In this document: positions 9,091-17,570 of the stretch, piece by piece
Layout: every line of letters starts with the position of its first letter
Numbering within the stretch: position 1 is the first letter of the stretch
Assembly (NCBI GenBank): GCA_029061605.1
Contig: JAIDRT010000011.1
Coordinates: forward strand, 43,374 to 107,373
From: Clostridia bacterium
GTDB lineage: Bacteria > Bacillota > Clostridia > Christensenellales > UBA3700
Reading direction: 5' to 3'
Length of the DNA: 64,000 nucleotides
Translations under genes and position numbers: made by a program
The notes under the pieces: model-generated
What the model was told of the DNA's origin: nothing
What the model saw: the letters and a program-made list of their open reading frames with translations, nothing else
The model's database searches: none

Positions 9091-9570
9091 TTAGTGTATT
9101 ACATTACCATTAACATCTACTAAATATGTGATAGTTTCTTTAGATGTCCAATCTTTTTGGTCCAACTTAAAAAATACCCTTGCCCTCCAATATCTTTGAA
9201 CTCCATTTATTGGTGCAGATGTCTCTAATGATTGATTTATATTTAAATCACTTATATAATTCTTATTTTCAAGAGTCATTTGCATATAATCCTCTTGATA
9301 CGTAAGAGAAGAATATAAATATACATACACTTGAATTGTAGATGGTCCAAGAGTAAAATCATTATGTGCCATAGCCCAAACATTACCACCTGAAGATCCT
9401 ATCTGTATTGATATTTTGGTCATTAAACCTCTTGCCTCAACTTCTGTTTCTTCCCCTGTAGTTGCACTAGCAACCATTCCTACACTGCATAATGCTACGC
9501 AAGCAACCAACACTGCTATAAGCATTAAACAAAGTGTATTTCTTACAAAATAATTCTTTTTGTTTTCCAT
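9091..9570 (-). CDS. Small secreted/membrane-anchored protein of unknown function (159 aa)
   Basis: AAGGAG lies 6 nt before the ATG. The N-terminal hydrophobic helix is LCLMLIAVLVACVALCSVGMVA. The remainder looks beta-rich with no motif I recognise. It lies 15 nt downstream of the XRE gene. Confidence 0.6.
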   Translation of the reverse strand: MENKKNYFVRNTLCLMLIAVLVACVALCSVGMVASATTGEETEVEARGLMTKISIQIGSSGGNVWAMAHNDFTLGPSTIQVYVYLYSSLTYQEDYMQMTLENKNYISDLNINQSLETSAPINGVQRYWRARVFFKLDQKDWTSKETITYLVDVNGNVIH

Positions 9571-9585
9571 AAAATGCTCCTTATA

Positions 9586-10221
9586 TTACGACTTATCGTC
9601 ATTTCTTATTATATTTTTACGTTTGACTTTATAAAGTATTAATACAATCCCCATTATAATAGCAACTGATAATGAAACGCTAAATATTATCCAACCTATA
9701 TTCTCTATACTACTAAAGTTATGCTCAATTTTCACTTCACCTCCAAAAGAGCCTTCTCTACTAGGCGGTGCAGTTAAACTATCTATAATAATCATTGATA
9801 ATCCAACCAAAAATACAATTGCAATCACAACTGATATAATTACAATCTTAGCCTTTTTAGATAACTTACGTTTCTTTCTTTTGGTCTCTTGTTGAATTAC
9901 AACATCCTCTACTTTGTCCGCAACAACTTCATTTGTTTGTTCTGACGATAATTCATCACTTACTACCTCAGGTTCTGAGCAGTCTTCTTCGTCTTTATTA
10001 TCCGTCGTTGATTCTATTTCTGTTGGCATTAGATAATTCATCTCAACATTAAAAGCCTTGCAAAGTTGTCTCAACTTATCTGATTTAGGTTGAGAAGCAT
10101 TTGCTTCCCATTTAGAAATAGTTTGACGAGTTACGCCAACTTGAATAGCCAAATAATCTTGCGAGAGTTTGTTACTCATACGAAGGTCATAAATCTTATC
10201 ACCAAGTTTTTCATCACTCAT
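9586..10221 (-). CDS. Membrane-tethered XRE-family HTH transcriptional regulator
   Basis: The N-terminal HTH_3 motif is LSQDYLAIQVGVTRQTISKWEAN. An acidic linker follows, then two predicted TM helices (IVIISVVIAIVFLVGLSMIII, IIFSVSLSVAIIMGIVLILY). I place the start at ATG 10221, 7 nt after GGAGGT. Confidence 0.85.
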   Translation of the reverse strand: MSDEKLGDKIYDLRMSNKLSQDYLAIQVGVTRQTISKWEANASQPKSDKLRQLCKAFNVEMNYLMPTEIESTTDNKDEEDCSEPEVVSDELSSEQTNEVVADKVEDVVIQQETKRKKRKLSKKAKIVIISVVIAIVFLVGLSMIIIDSLTAPPSREGSFGGEVKIEHNFSSIENIGWIIFSVSLSVAIIMGIVLILYKVKRKNIIRNDDKS

Positions 10222-10252
10222 TCTTCTAACCTCCACTCAAGAATATACTAGT

Positions 10253-10281
10253 ATTATATCAGCAAATATTCGATTTGACAA
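10253..10281 (-). promoter_or_regulatory. Sigma-70-type promoter for the XRE operon
   Basis: The minus strand reads TTGTCA (10281-10276), a 17-nt spacer, then TATAAT (10258-10253), about 30 nt upstream of the start codon. Confidence 0.6.
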
Positions 10282-10555
10282 ATACTTTACGCGCTTTTTT
10301 TATAATTTTGACTGAACTTTGCTAAATTTTTCTTTTCAGCAAATAAATTGTCACACATATTATAAATAGCCTTTATATAATTCAAACTAGCCTTCAATTA
10401 CCCATAGATTATACCTCATAGCAAAACGGCCGTATCAATTGGCATTCGCTACTCCGCGTCCTCTCTTGCTTATACATATTGCAAAATAGTTGCGCGTTTA
10501 TTTTACAAACGCTATAATATTGTATATTGTATAAGGTAAATAGGAGGAACAAACT

Positions 10556-11875
10556 GTGAATAAAAAATTATTTATAATATTAATGATACTTACAGTAATA
10601 TGCGTTCTTTTATTGGCTGTAGGTTGCGACAAACAAACTGACGAATTACCTGACAATGACAACGGATCTTTTAGTGGAGATACTGGAAATAATATCAACA
10701 GCGGAGATAATACGCAAGACCATATCCACACGTATGCCAATGAATGGTCAAGTGACAAACAATATCACTGGCGCGCGTCTACTTGCGAGCACGATTTGAC
10801 TGCTGATAAGGCTCAACATAGTTTTGACGACAACGGTATGTGTAGCATATGCAAGTACTACACCACATACGGATTTACTTTCATACTCAATTCAGATAAT
10901 CAATATTATATAATCACAGGATTAGAAGACGACAACGACAATAATCAAATTATTATTCCCTCGTCTTACAGCGGAAAACCTGTAACGGCTATTGACAAAA
11001 ACGCTTTTAAAGACCGCGTCAATCTGACAAGCATATCTATTCCAACCAGTATAACAAGCATAGGACAGGGCGCCTTTGACGGTTGCGAAGGATTGACTGG
11101 CGTCTACATAACAGATATGCTAAGTTGGCTTAATATCCTCTTCCAAGGCAATGACTCAAATCCGCTGGATTACGCAAAACACCTGTACCTCAATAATCAG
11201 TTGGTCACACAATTGACAATACCCAAAGAATTGCATTCATTTAATATTACATCAATTTCTAATTGCGCTGATTTGACTGGCATAACGGTTGAAGAACAAA
11301 ATCCAACATTCAAGAGCGACGGCAATTGCTTGATCGAAAAAGAAACTAACAGATTGGTGTTTGGCTGCAAAAATAGCGTTATCCCCTCTTATGTCACAAA
11401 AATCGGATCTGCCGCTTTTGAAGGGTGCAAAGGACTGACAAGCGTTGAGATACCTTCTGGTGTTGAGTATATTGGATTTGATGCTTTTCGCAATTGCTCA
11501 GATTTGACAACAGTCAAGATTCAACCAGGTTTGACACATATCTATGACGGAGCATTTCAAAATTGCAGCAACTTAAAAGATATTGACTTGCCTCAAGGTT
11601 TAACAGACATTGGATTCCAAGCGTTCTACGGTTGCAAGAGTTTAACATCAGTAAATATCCCCACCGGAACTCAAAATATCCGTTCAGGCGCGTTTGCTTA
11701 TTGCAACAATCTTACTAGCGTGACCATCCCTGTCGGCGTAGTAAAAATTGAATCGCACGCTTTCTTAATGTGCAATGCGCTTATTCTTTATTGCGCAGAA
11801 CAAAGCAAACCCAACAATTGGGACGACACTTGGAATAGCGGTCGCCTGGTAGAATGGGGATATGAAATAGAATGA
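10556..11875 (+). CDS. Leucine-rich-repeat (BspA/LRR_5-type) lipoprotein
   Basis: AGGAGG lies 8 nt before GTG 10556. The lipobox is LLAVGC. There are repeated units of the form xLTSIxIPxSVxxIGxxAFxxCxxL. Confidence 0.85.
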   Translation: MNKKLFIILMILTVICVLLLAVGCDKQTDELPDNDNGSFSGDTGNNINSGDNTQDHIHTYANEWSSDKQYHWRASTCEHDLTADKAQHSFDDNGMCSICKYYTTYGFTFILNSDNQYYIITGLEDDNDNNQIIIPSSYSGKPVTAIDKNAFKDRVNLTSISIPTSITSIGQGAFDGCEGLTGVYITDMLSWLNILFQGNDSNPLDYAKHLYLNNQLVTQLTIPKELHSFNITSISNCADLTGITVEEQNPTFKSDGNCLIEKETNRLVFGCKNSVIPSYVTKIGSAAFEGCKGLTSVEIPSGVEYIGFDAFRNCSDLTTVKIQPGLTHIYDGAFQNCSNLKDIDLPQGLTDIGFQAFYGCKSLTSVNIPTGTQNIRSGAFAYCNNLTSVTIPVGVVKIESHAFLMCNALILYCAEQSKPNNWDDTWNSGRLVEWGYEIE

Positions 11876-11884
11876 ATTCAGAAG

Positions 11885-12784
11885 TTACTCATTTATTAAA
11901 TATTCTAACGCAATATCGCCACGCTCGTATCCATAATTGTCAAGTTTGATTTCTTTAAAGCCAAATTTTCGATAAATATGCAATGCGGGTTTTAGCGTGC
12001 TGTTTGTAACTATAAATAGCCTCTTAGCGCCATTCTTAATCGCCCAATTCATAGACGCTTCAAATACTGCGCTACCCGCCCCTTTGTGCGGAAGGTCTTT
12101 GTTTGAACCAAGTTTGCAAATTTCCCAGGTGTGACCGTCCAATGGTTTTGACATACACGTAGCAAGCGCCTTTTTATTCCTCACTGCGAAGAATATCATT
12201 CCACCGTTTTTAATATCTTTGTCTATATTTTCAAACTCTTCGATATCGTGCTCCTCTATCTTACCAAAATAAGTAGTTATCCAATCTTTATTAAAATCTA
12301 TGAAGTCTTTGCGATACTGCTCCTCAAAAGGTATAACTTTGAAATCACGCTCCGCTCTCTTAAACAACTCCATTGTCAACGTAAGCGATTTGCTAAGTTC
12401 GTCGCATTGTTGGGCGTCTAAATTTGCAATCTTTTCACTAATAAAATTCTTTGACTGCTCCACTAGTCTTGATACCTCTTTTTGCCCCATTTGCGTAAGA
12501 CATACGACCGAATTCCTTTTATCGCTTTCGCCTTTACTTTTTTCTATAACGCCTCTTGTCTCCAATTTTTTCAAGATTCTGCTTAAATAACTTTTATCAA
12601 TGCACAGCGACTGGACTATCTTGTCTTGAATACACTTCTCATTTGTAAATATTTCAAACAAAACTCTCATTTCTGCCACCGAATACGACGTTGATAGATA
12701 ATTCGTATTCAAAAAATTCATTTGGACTGTATAATAACGATTGAATTCACGTATTTTATCTACAGTCTCTTGTCTTGTATTCAT
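11885..12784 (-). CDS. Bifunctional MarR-family HTH regulator / GNAT N-acetyltransferase fusion
   Basis: The N-terminal ~140 aa is a winged-helix MarR-like domain (SVAEMRVLFEI...LSRILKKLETRGVIEK). The C-terminal ~150 aa is GNAT-like (HKGAGSAVFEASMNWA...). Confidence 0.8.
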   Translation of the reverse strand: MNTRQETVDKIREFNRYYTVQMNFLNTNYLSTSYSVAEMRVLFEIFTNEKCIQDKIVQSLCIDKSYLSRILKKLETRGVIEKSKGESDKRNSVVCLTQMGQKEVSRLVEQSKNFISEKIANLDAQQCDELSKSLTLTMELFKRAERDFKVIPFEEQYRKDFIDFNKDWITTYFGKIEEHDIEEFENIDKDIKNGGMIFFAVRNKKALATCMSKPLDGHTWEICKLGSNKDLPHKGAGSAVFEASMNWAIKNGAKRLFIVTNSTLKPALHIYRKFGFKEIKLDNYGYERGDIALEYLINE

Positions 12785-12825
12785 AAACCAACCTCTTCCA
12801 ATTGCTACATTGACTATACAATATC

Positions 12826-12854
12826 ACAAATAGTTGACATTGTCAACTATTTGT
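12826..12854. promoter_or_regulatory. Perfect 29-bp palindrome (candidate MarR operator overlapping -35 boxes)
   Basis: ACAAATAGTTGACA-T-TGTCAACTATTTGT has 14-bp arms with all 14 pairs complementary. It lies 42 bp upstream of the MarR-GNAT start and contains TTGACA on both strands. Confidence 0.7.
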
Positions 12855-12995
12855 ACAAATGTTATCAGAAAGTCAACGAACAAGTTCCCTGGTCATCAAT
12901 AAAAGTAAACGGTTGATAATCGTATATTCTATTAGTAATCTGGCTTAGTGCGCAAATTGAACTTAGTACCCTTATATTGTCAAAAAATATCTATC

Positions 12996-14786
12996 TTATT
13001 CGCCTAATTTATTAACCAGTTTATCTCTATCCCAAAGCGTAATATTATTATCTGCTGCCAATCGTATAGCGGCTGGTTGGAAATAATTGTTTGTTACAAC
13101 CATTCCACTACTCAAATTATAATGTCGCAATCCTGCAACAACCTCTCGCACTGCAGACTGTGTTACTTTATTTGAATAGCATTTTGCTTGAACACCAATT
13201 TTACTAAAATCATTTTCTATTATTAAATCTATTCCATAATCGCCTGATAATGGAGTGCGAGTAACTTTGAAACCTTGCTTAATGAAAAAATCTTCCATAA
13301 AGATTTCAAATTGCTCGCCGTTCATTCTGTCTATACGGTCAATAGGTGTCAATGTTATAATTTTATTATCATATATAGGTATTGTTTTGATTGCGGAATC
13401 ACCAAACAAATCATCTTCTAATTTCTTTTCTTTTTGTCTCGCTATTGTACTTTTTATATCTGAACATATACTGCGATATGTATCAACAAATGGTAAATTT
13501 ATATTCGTGTTATAAATATGATAATAAGTATAAGCAAAGATATTAGGTGTTGTAGATAGAGCATTCGATATATTTTTACAAAATTCTTCTAAACTTTCAT
13601 AACCTAATTCTTTAATATATTTATCGTGGTAATACTTGATTATGTTATTACGCATTATAAAATAAATCAAAATAGGAAATGTGGAGTTATCGTCCCATTC
13701 ACCATTTTCTTTAATTCGCTTCTTTAATCCTTTTATAAAAAACGTAGTTAATTCTTGAATTCTATTATTCAATACATCATTAGCACTTTGGGTAAACTGC
13801 AGTCCATCACGCAAAACTTTATCTTTTAATAATTTTGCCGTTAATTCACTATATTGAAGCGATTCGCTACGATATTGAAATACTTCTCTATACGGATATA
13901 ACAATATGCTTGATAAAGGAATATCACTATCCGTAAACATTTTCAAAAACGGCGTACAATTACTGTCTTTGAGTTTTTTAATAAAATTCTCTACAATACG
14001 TGAATATTTGCCAATTAAATTATCCTTATTAGTTTCAAGATATTTAATACTTTCTCGTTCTCTTGCTTCCTTTTCTTTTTGTATACGCTCACGTTCTAAA
14101 CGCTCTTTTTCTTTTTGCTCTTGCTTATAATTCTCCCACTCTTTATCCCATTCTTGAACTTGTTCTGTTTTTTGCTCTTTTATCAAACATTTGCTTTCTT
14201 CGCCGTGTCGCTTTATTTCTTCATCCTGTTCCTTTTGGTGTTCTCTATTGTAATTAGCTCTTCCTTTGGGAATAATATTGTTTGATTGCCAAGCAAAAAT
14301 TTCTATAATGTTATTGCGTATAATGAAATAGATTAGAGACGGCAGCGTGTATTTATCTGCCCAACTGTTGTCAGCGAGTATTTTGTTTTTTAATTCCGCT
14401 ATTACATCTTCTGTTAGTTTTTTTGCAAATTCTTCATTTGGAAGAATTAAATTAACTTTATCTTTTGGTTTTACGAAACCGTCATATTGATAAATATTAC
14501 TAAGCAAAAGATTTGGCTTTTGTTGCCAATAGTGAGATACTATTAAATTTTTCGTTGTATTGTAAGATACAGTAAACAATAGCGCATCAATCGCTTTGAG
14601 TTTTTCTATATAATTGATTGCTATGTTTGCATAATTTTTTGATAGTGTTTTTACTTCTTCAAAATGCTCGATAAGATATTTTTTGCCTTTATTGGCTTGC
14701 TTGGCAATATATTTACAATAGATAATAAACCCTATTATAGCCGCACCGCCGACAATGCTAATAGCGATTTCCGTTGCATTATCCAT
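12996..14786 (-). CDS. Membrane-anchored protein with C-terminal Mrr-type restriction endonuclease (PD-(D/E)xK) domain
   Basis: 596 aa. The N-terminal TM helix is IAISIVGGAAIIGFIIY. There is an internal duplication (SLIYFIIRNNIIEIF / ILIYFIMRNNIIKYY) and a K/E-rich coiled-coil. The C-terminal GEQFEIFMEDFF...GDYGIDLI...VQAKCY...VVTNNYF matches the Mrr_cat pattern. Confidence 0.8.
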   Translation of the reverse strand: MDNATEIAISIVGGAAIIGFIIYCKYIAKQANKGKKYLIEHFEEVKTLSKNYANIAINYIEKLKAIDALLFTVSYNTTKNLIVSHYWQQKPNLLLSNIYQYDGFVKPKDKVNLILPNEEFAKKLTEDVIAELKNKILADNSWADKYTLPSLIYFIIRNNIIEIFAWQSNNIIPKGRANYNREHQKEQDEEIKRHGEESKCLIKEQKTEQVQEWDKEWENYKQEQKEKERLERERIQKEKEARERESIKYLETNKDNLIGKYSRIVENFIKKLKDSNCTPFLKMFTDSDIPLSSILLYPYREVFQYRSESLQYSELTAKLLKDKVLRDGLQFTQSANDVLNNRIQELTTFFIKGLKKRIKENGEWDDNSTFPILIYFIMRNNIIKYYHDKYIKELGYESLEEFCKNISNALSTTPNIFAYTYYHIYNTNINLPFVDTYRSICSDIKSTIARQKEKKLEDDLFGDSAIKTIPIYDNKIITLTPIDRIDRMNGEQFEIFMEDFFIKQGFKVTRTPLSGDYGIDLIIENDFSKIGVQAKCYSNKVTQSAVREVVAGLRHYNLSSGMVVTNNYFQPAAIRLAADNNITLWDRDKLVNKLGE

Positions 14787-15091
14787 TTAATTATTCTCCT
14801 AAAATTGTTTTGTGTAGATGCTTTTAGAAATACTGTAAATAATTCTACCATATTTGACAAAAATCCGCAAGTGATATGCTACTTACAGGAACATTGATGT
14901 TTTTAATTTCATAAAATACAGTCAAAACTAATAATAGCACTGTGGCGCAACTATATACATAACTGAAAGTGACAAATAAAATTGGTGATTGTGCGCAGGC
15001 TTTCCACAAAAATCTCTATTTTCTTATTTCAAAAGATCTTTCATAAAATGAAATCTAACAATATCTTTGTTTTTAATTTTAGTATTTAATA

Positions 15092-15235
15092 ACTCCATCG
15101 GGAAGTTGGCGAATAAGTTCGCCAAGATTTCGCTACGCTCAATGCGAACCGCGCAATCAGTTACTTCATCGGGAATACTTGCTACGCTCGTGGCTTTCGC
15201 AATCTTAGATTGCTCGGCTGAGCGAACTTGCGTCG
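15092..15235. repeat. Degenerate REP-like units containing two short copies of the tRNA-Glu 3' segment
   Basis: ACTCCATCGGGAA (15092-15104) is identical to tRNA positions 15336-15348. ACTTCATCGGGAAT (15163-15176) differs by 1 mismatch. GCTACGCTC motifs shared with other REP units are present. The 71-aa ORF here is probably not real. Confidence 0.55.
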
Positions 15236-15297
15236 ACATAATCGTTATATATCATATACTATACTTCGACGCTGTTCTTTTCCTACAAGTCACCAAT

Positions 15298-15328
15298 AAA
15301 AACAGACGGTTTATAACCGTCTGTTTTT
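15298..15328. terminator. Bidirectional rho-independent terminator downstream of tRNA-Glu
   Basis: AAAAACAGACGG-TTTATAA-CCGTCTGTTTTT has a 12-bp stem including A/T extensions, with T-runs on both strands. Confidence 0.8.
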
Positions 15329-15330
15329 GC

Positions 15331-15405
15331 TGGTGACTCCATCGGGAATCGAACCCGAGTTACCGCCGTGAAAGGGCGATGTCTTGACCGCTTGACCATG
15401 GAGCC
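15331..15405 (-). tRNA. tRNA-Glu (anticodon UUC)
   Basis: The reverse complement reads GGCTCCATGGTCAAGCGGTCAAGACATCGCCCTTTCACGGCGGTAACTCGGGTTCGATTCCCGATGGAGTCACCA. It has a 7-bp acceptor stem, a TTCGATT T-loop, a CT-TTC-AC anticodon loop and an encoded CCA. Confidence 0.93.
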
Positions 15406-15558
15406 ATATTTAATTTACGCTAATACAATATAATATAAATCAATAATATTGTCAACTGATTTTTTGCAATTAACAAAAATTATTGATAAATCATTTCTGT
15501 AATTGTGATTTTCTAACGGCTGTCGCTCAAAGTGAAGACAGCCGCTGGAAAAGTCAAA

Positions 15559-16752
15559 TCAATTTGCTGTATCAAAAGGGCTGTCGTATACGCTCTCAAA
15601 GTTATTGGATTGCGAATAAGGTTTGCCGTCTATACTAGGCGCCATATGCTTTTCGTAATTAATATTTTGATACACGCGCACGTAGTCAATGTCGAATGAG
15701 GCGCTTTTGTCGTGAGGAAACTGCCCTATCTTCTGACCGTGAGGGCCATAGCCGTCACCAGCGTCAATCTCGTTAGTAAATCTCAAAAATTCAGGAACTC
15801 TGCACACTCCGCCTGCATTGGTTGCCCACGTTGCGTATCCGTCAATAAAGAATACATAACACTCTGGCGTCCACAATAGTGAAAAGGTATGGAAGTTGCC
15901 GTCATAAAGATTTTGTTCAAGTTTGACGATTTGGTCGTCGACTTTACCGCTTTTGCCGTATCCGTTCCACAACAGGGCGTGACCCATTCGCGAAACTTTA
16001 TTGTTGTTATATCTGAAAGCCGACTCGTATATATCTATTTCAGTACCGTCAAGACCGTCATTGCCAATCTCTCGCATCTCGTTGCCTTGCAACCAAAATG
16101 CTGACCACATTCCGTCTACGTCGGGAAATCTTACGCTTGCTTCATAATAGCCGAACGCTTGCGCCCATATTATATTACTGTCGTAAGTTCTACCGCCATT
16201 ACCACTGGAATTCACAACTTCTGTCCTAGTCTCAAACCCGCCTGTAAAACGCCCATTGGTGTGGCCGTAACTTTTGCATATTTCACATTGATGATCGCTA
16301 TCGTATTCCGCCTTGACCTTGACCACGCCGTCAGCGACTGACACCATTTCACTGCACCAATAATTTGCATATTCAGGATGATTTTTCTTCTGACTAACCC
16401 AACGAATGTCGTGTCTTGACGTAGCCCAGATTTGGGGATTTAGTCCGCTGTTTTCAGTGTATACAACGTCAAAATTATCTATCAGCGTTGCATACCACCC
16501 TTCTTCGTTGGCATATTTATTTCCGTCGAAGTAAAGATAAGTGTCTTTAGTCAAACCGCTCAAATCTATAAAGTCTTCGACTTTGAGTTTTGTCAAATCA
16601 ACTTCGTTGGGCGATTTACCCATTCTTTCAAGCGCGATCTTTTCCCATCCGTTGAGAGTAAATTTGTCATAACCAATACAGCCAGAGAATAATATAGCAA
16701 CTGTAAATATAATAACAGTAATAAGTACTAAAGTCGCGTATTTCTTTTTCAT
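15559..16752 (-). CDS. Glycoside hydrolase family 16 (beta-glucanase/laminarinase-like) lipoprotein
   Basis: The lipobox is LFSGC. The GH16 catalytic motif ExDxxE is seen as GTEIDIYES, with WSAFWLQGN upstream. Confidence 0.85.
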   Translation of the reverse strand: MKKKYATLVLITVIIFTVAILFSGCIGYDKFTLNGWEKIALERMGKSPNEVDLTKLKVEDFIDLSGLTKDTYLYFDGNKYANEEGWYATLIDNFDVVYTENSGLNPQIWATSRHDIRWVSQKKNHPEYANYWCSEMVSVADGVVKVKAEYDSDHQCEICKSYGHTNGRFTGGFETRTEVVNSSGNGGRTYDSNIIWAQAFGYYEASVRFPDVDGMWSAFWLQGNEMREIGNDGLDGTEIDIYESAFRYNNNKVSRMGHALLWNGYGKSGKVDDQIVKLEQNLYDGNFHTFSLLWTPECYVFFIDGYATWATNAGGVCRVPEFLRFTNEIDAGDGYGPHGQKIGQFPHDKSASFDIDYVRVYQNINYEKHMAPSIDGKPYSQSNNFESVYDSPFDTAN

Positions 16753-16803
16753 ATAATCCCCCGCTAGAAAATAATATAAAAATATTATAACAGATAAAAA
16801 GAT

Positions 16804-17268
16804 TTATTTCAAGACTTGCTGACAAACAAACTTATAGAGCGCCTCGCATCCGCTCTTTATATCGTCGTAAGTTTTGTCAAAATCTCCAGTATACCAAGGG
16901 TCTGCAACGTCTCTGTTTGAGCCAACGTATTCAAGCATCAAATGAATTTTACCAGCAGGATCTGCTCCAAAAATTTTGAGCATATTGACAAGATTATAAC
17001 TATCCATACCAACGAATAGATCATAATTATCATAGTCCTCTCTCGTCAATCTTACCGCGCGCTTTCCTGCGCAACTTATGCCATACTGCGACAACTTGCG
17101 TACTGTGCCATAATGTACAGGACTGCCAATCTCCTCATTGCTTGTTGCGGATGACTTTATCAAAAAGTCAGACTCTCTTCCTTGTCTTTTGACTATATCT
17201 TTGAATACAAATTCCGCCATTGGCGAACGGCATATGTTGCCGTGACATACAAACATTATTTTAAACAT
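16804..17268 (-). CDS. Low-molecular-weight protein-tyrosine phosphatase
   Basis: The N-terminal P-loop is VCHGNICRSPMAE (CX5R-S). The size is 154 aa and a DPWY motif lies near the C-terminus. Confidence 0.9.
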   Translation of the reverse strand: MFKIMFVCHGNICRSPMAEFVFKDIVKRQGRESDFLIKSSATSNEEIGSPVHYGTVRKLSQYGISCAGKRAVRLTREDYDNYDLFVGMDSYNLVNMLKIFGADPAGKIHLMLEYVGSNRDVADPWYTGDFDKTYDDIKSGCEALYKFVCQQVLK

Positions 17269-17291
17269 ATATTACCTTTATAGATTTGATT

Positions 17292-17431
17292 TAGATTCTT
17301 CGACTACACTGCGTTTCGCTCAGAATGACGAATCCACATTATGTCCTTTTAATTTTACTGTTGAGATTTCTCCACTTCACTTCGTTTCGGTCGAAATGAC
17401 GCTGCACCTGTCACCTCGTACATCAATGACG
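17292..17431. repeat. REP-like unit cluster
   Basis: Units are 17292-17330 TAGATTCTTCGACTACACTGCGTTTCGCTCAGAATGACG, 17363-17401 GAGATTTCTCCACTTCACTTCGTTTCGGTCGAAATGACG and 17410-17431 GTCACCTCGTACATCAATGACG. Confidence 0.8.
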
Positions 17432-17570
17432 AAACCACACGTGAGCGCAGAGATTAGTGTGATTTTCGCTTAAGCAAGAGCGAGGAGAAGTCGTCAAGTG
17501 TACTTGCCGTACACGTCGACTTCCCAAGTCTCGTAGATTAGGCGGAAAGCGCGCTGATATATGCGCTCGC

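Noticed and set aside
15024-15239. 71-aa minus-strand ORF downstream of tRNA-Glu
   Set aside because: It has no RBS. The sequence is built from REP-like modules (GCTACGCTC motifs, a TTGGCGAA/TTCGCCAA hairpin) and tRNA-end fragments, so it is more likely non-coding.
12785-15330. A complete integrated mobile element at tRNA-Glu
   Set aside because: No integrase, recombinase or transposase was found, and no full-length direct repeat of the tRNA end lies at the distal boundary. Only the weaker 'islet with att-like scars' interpretation is retained.
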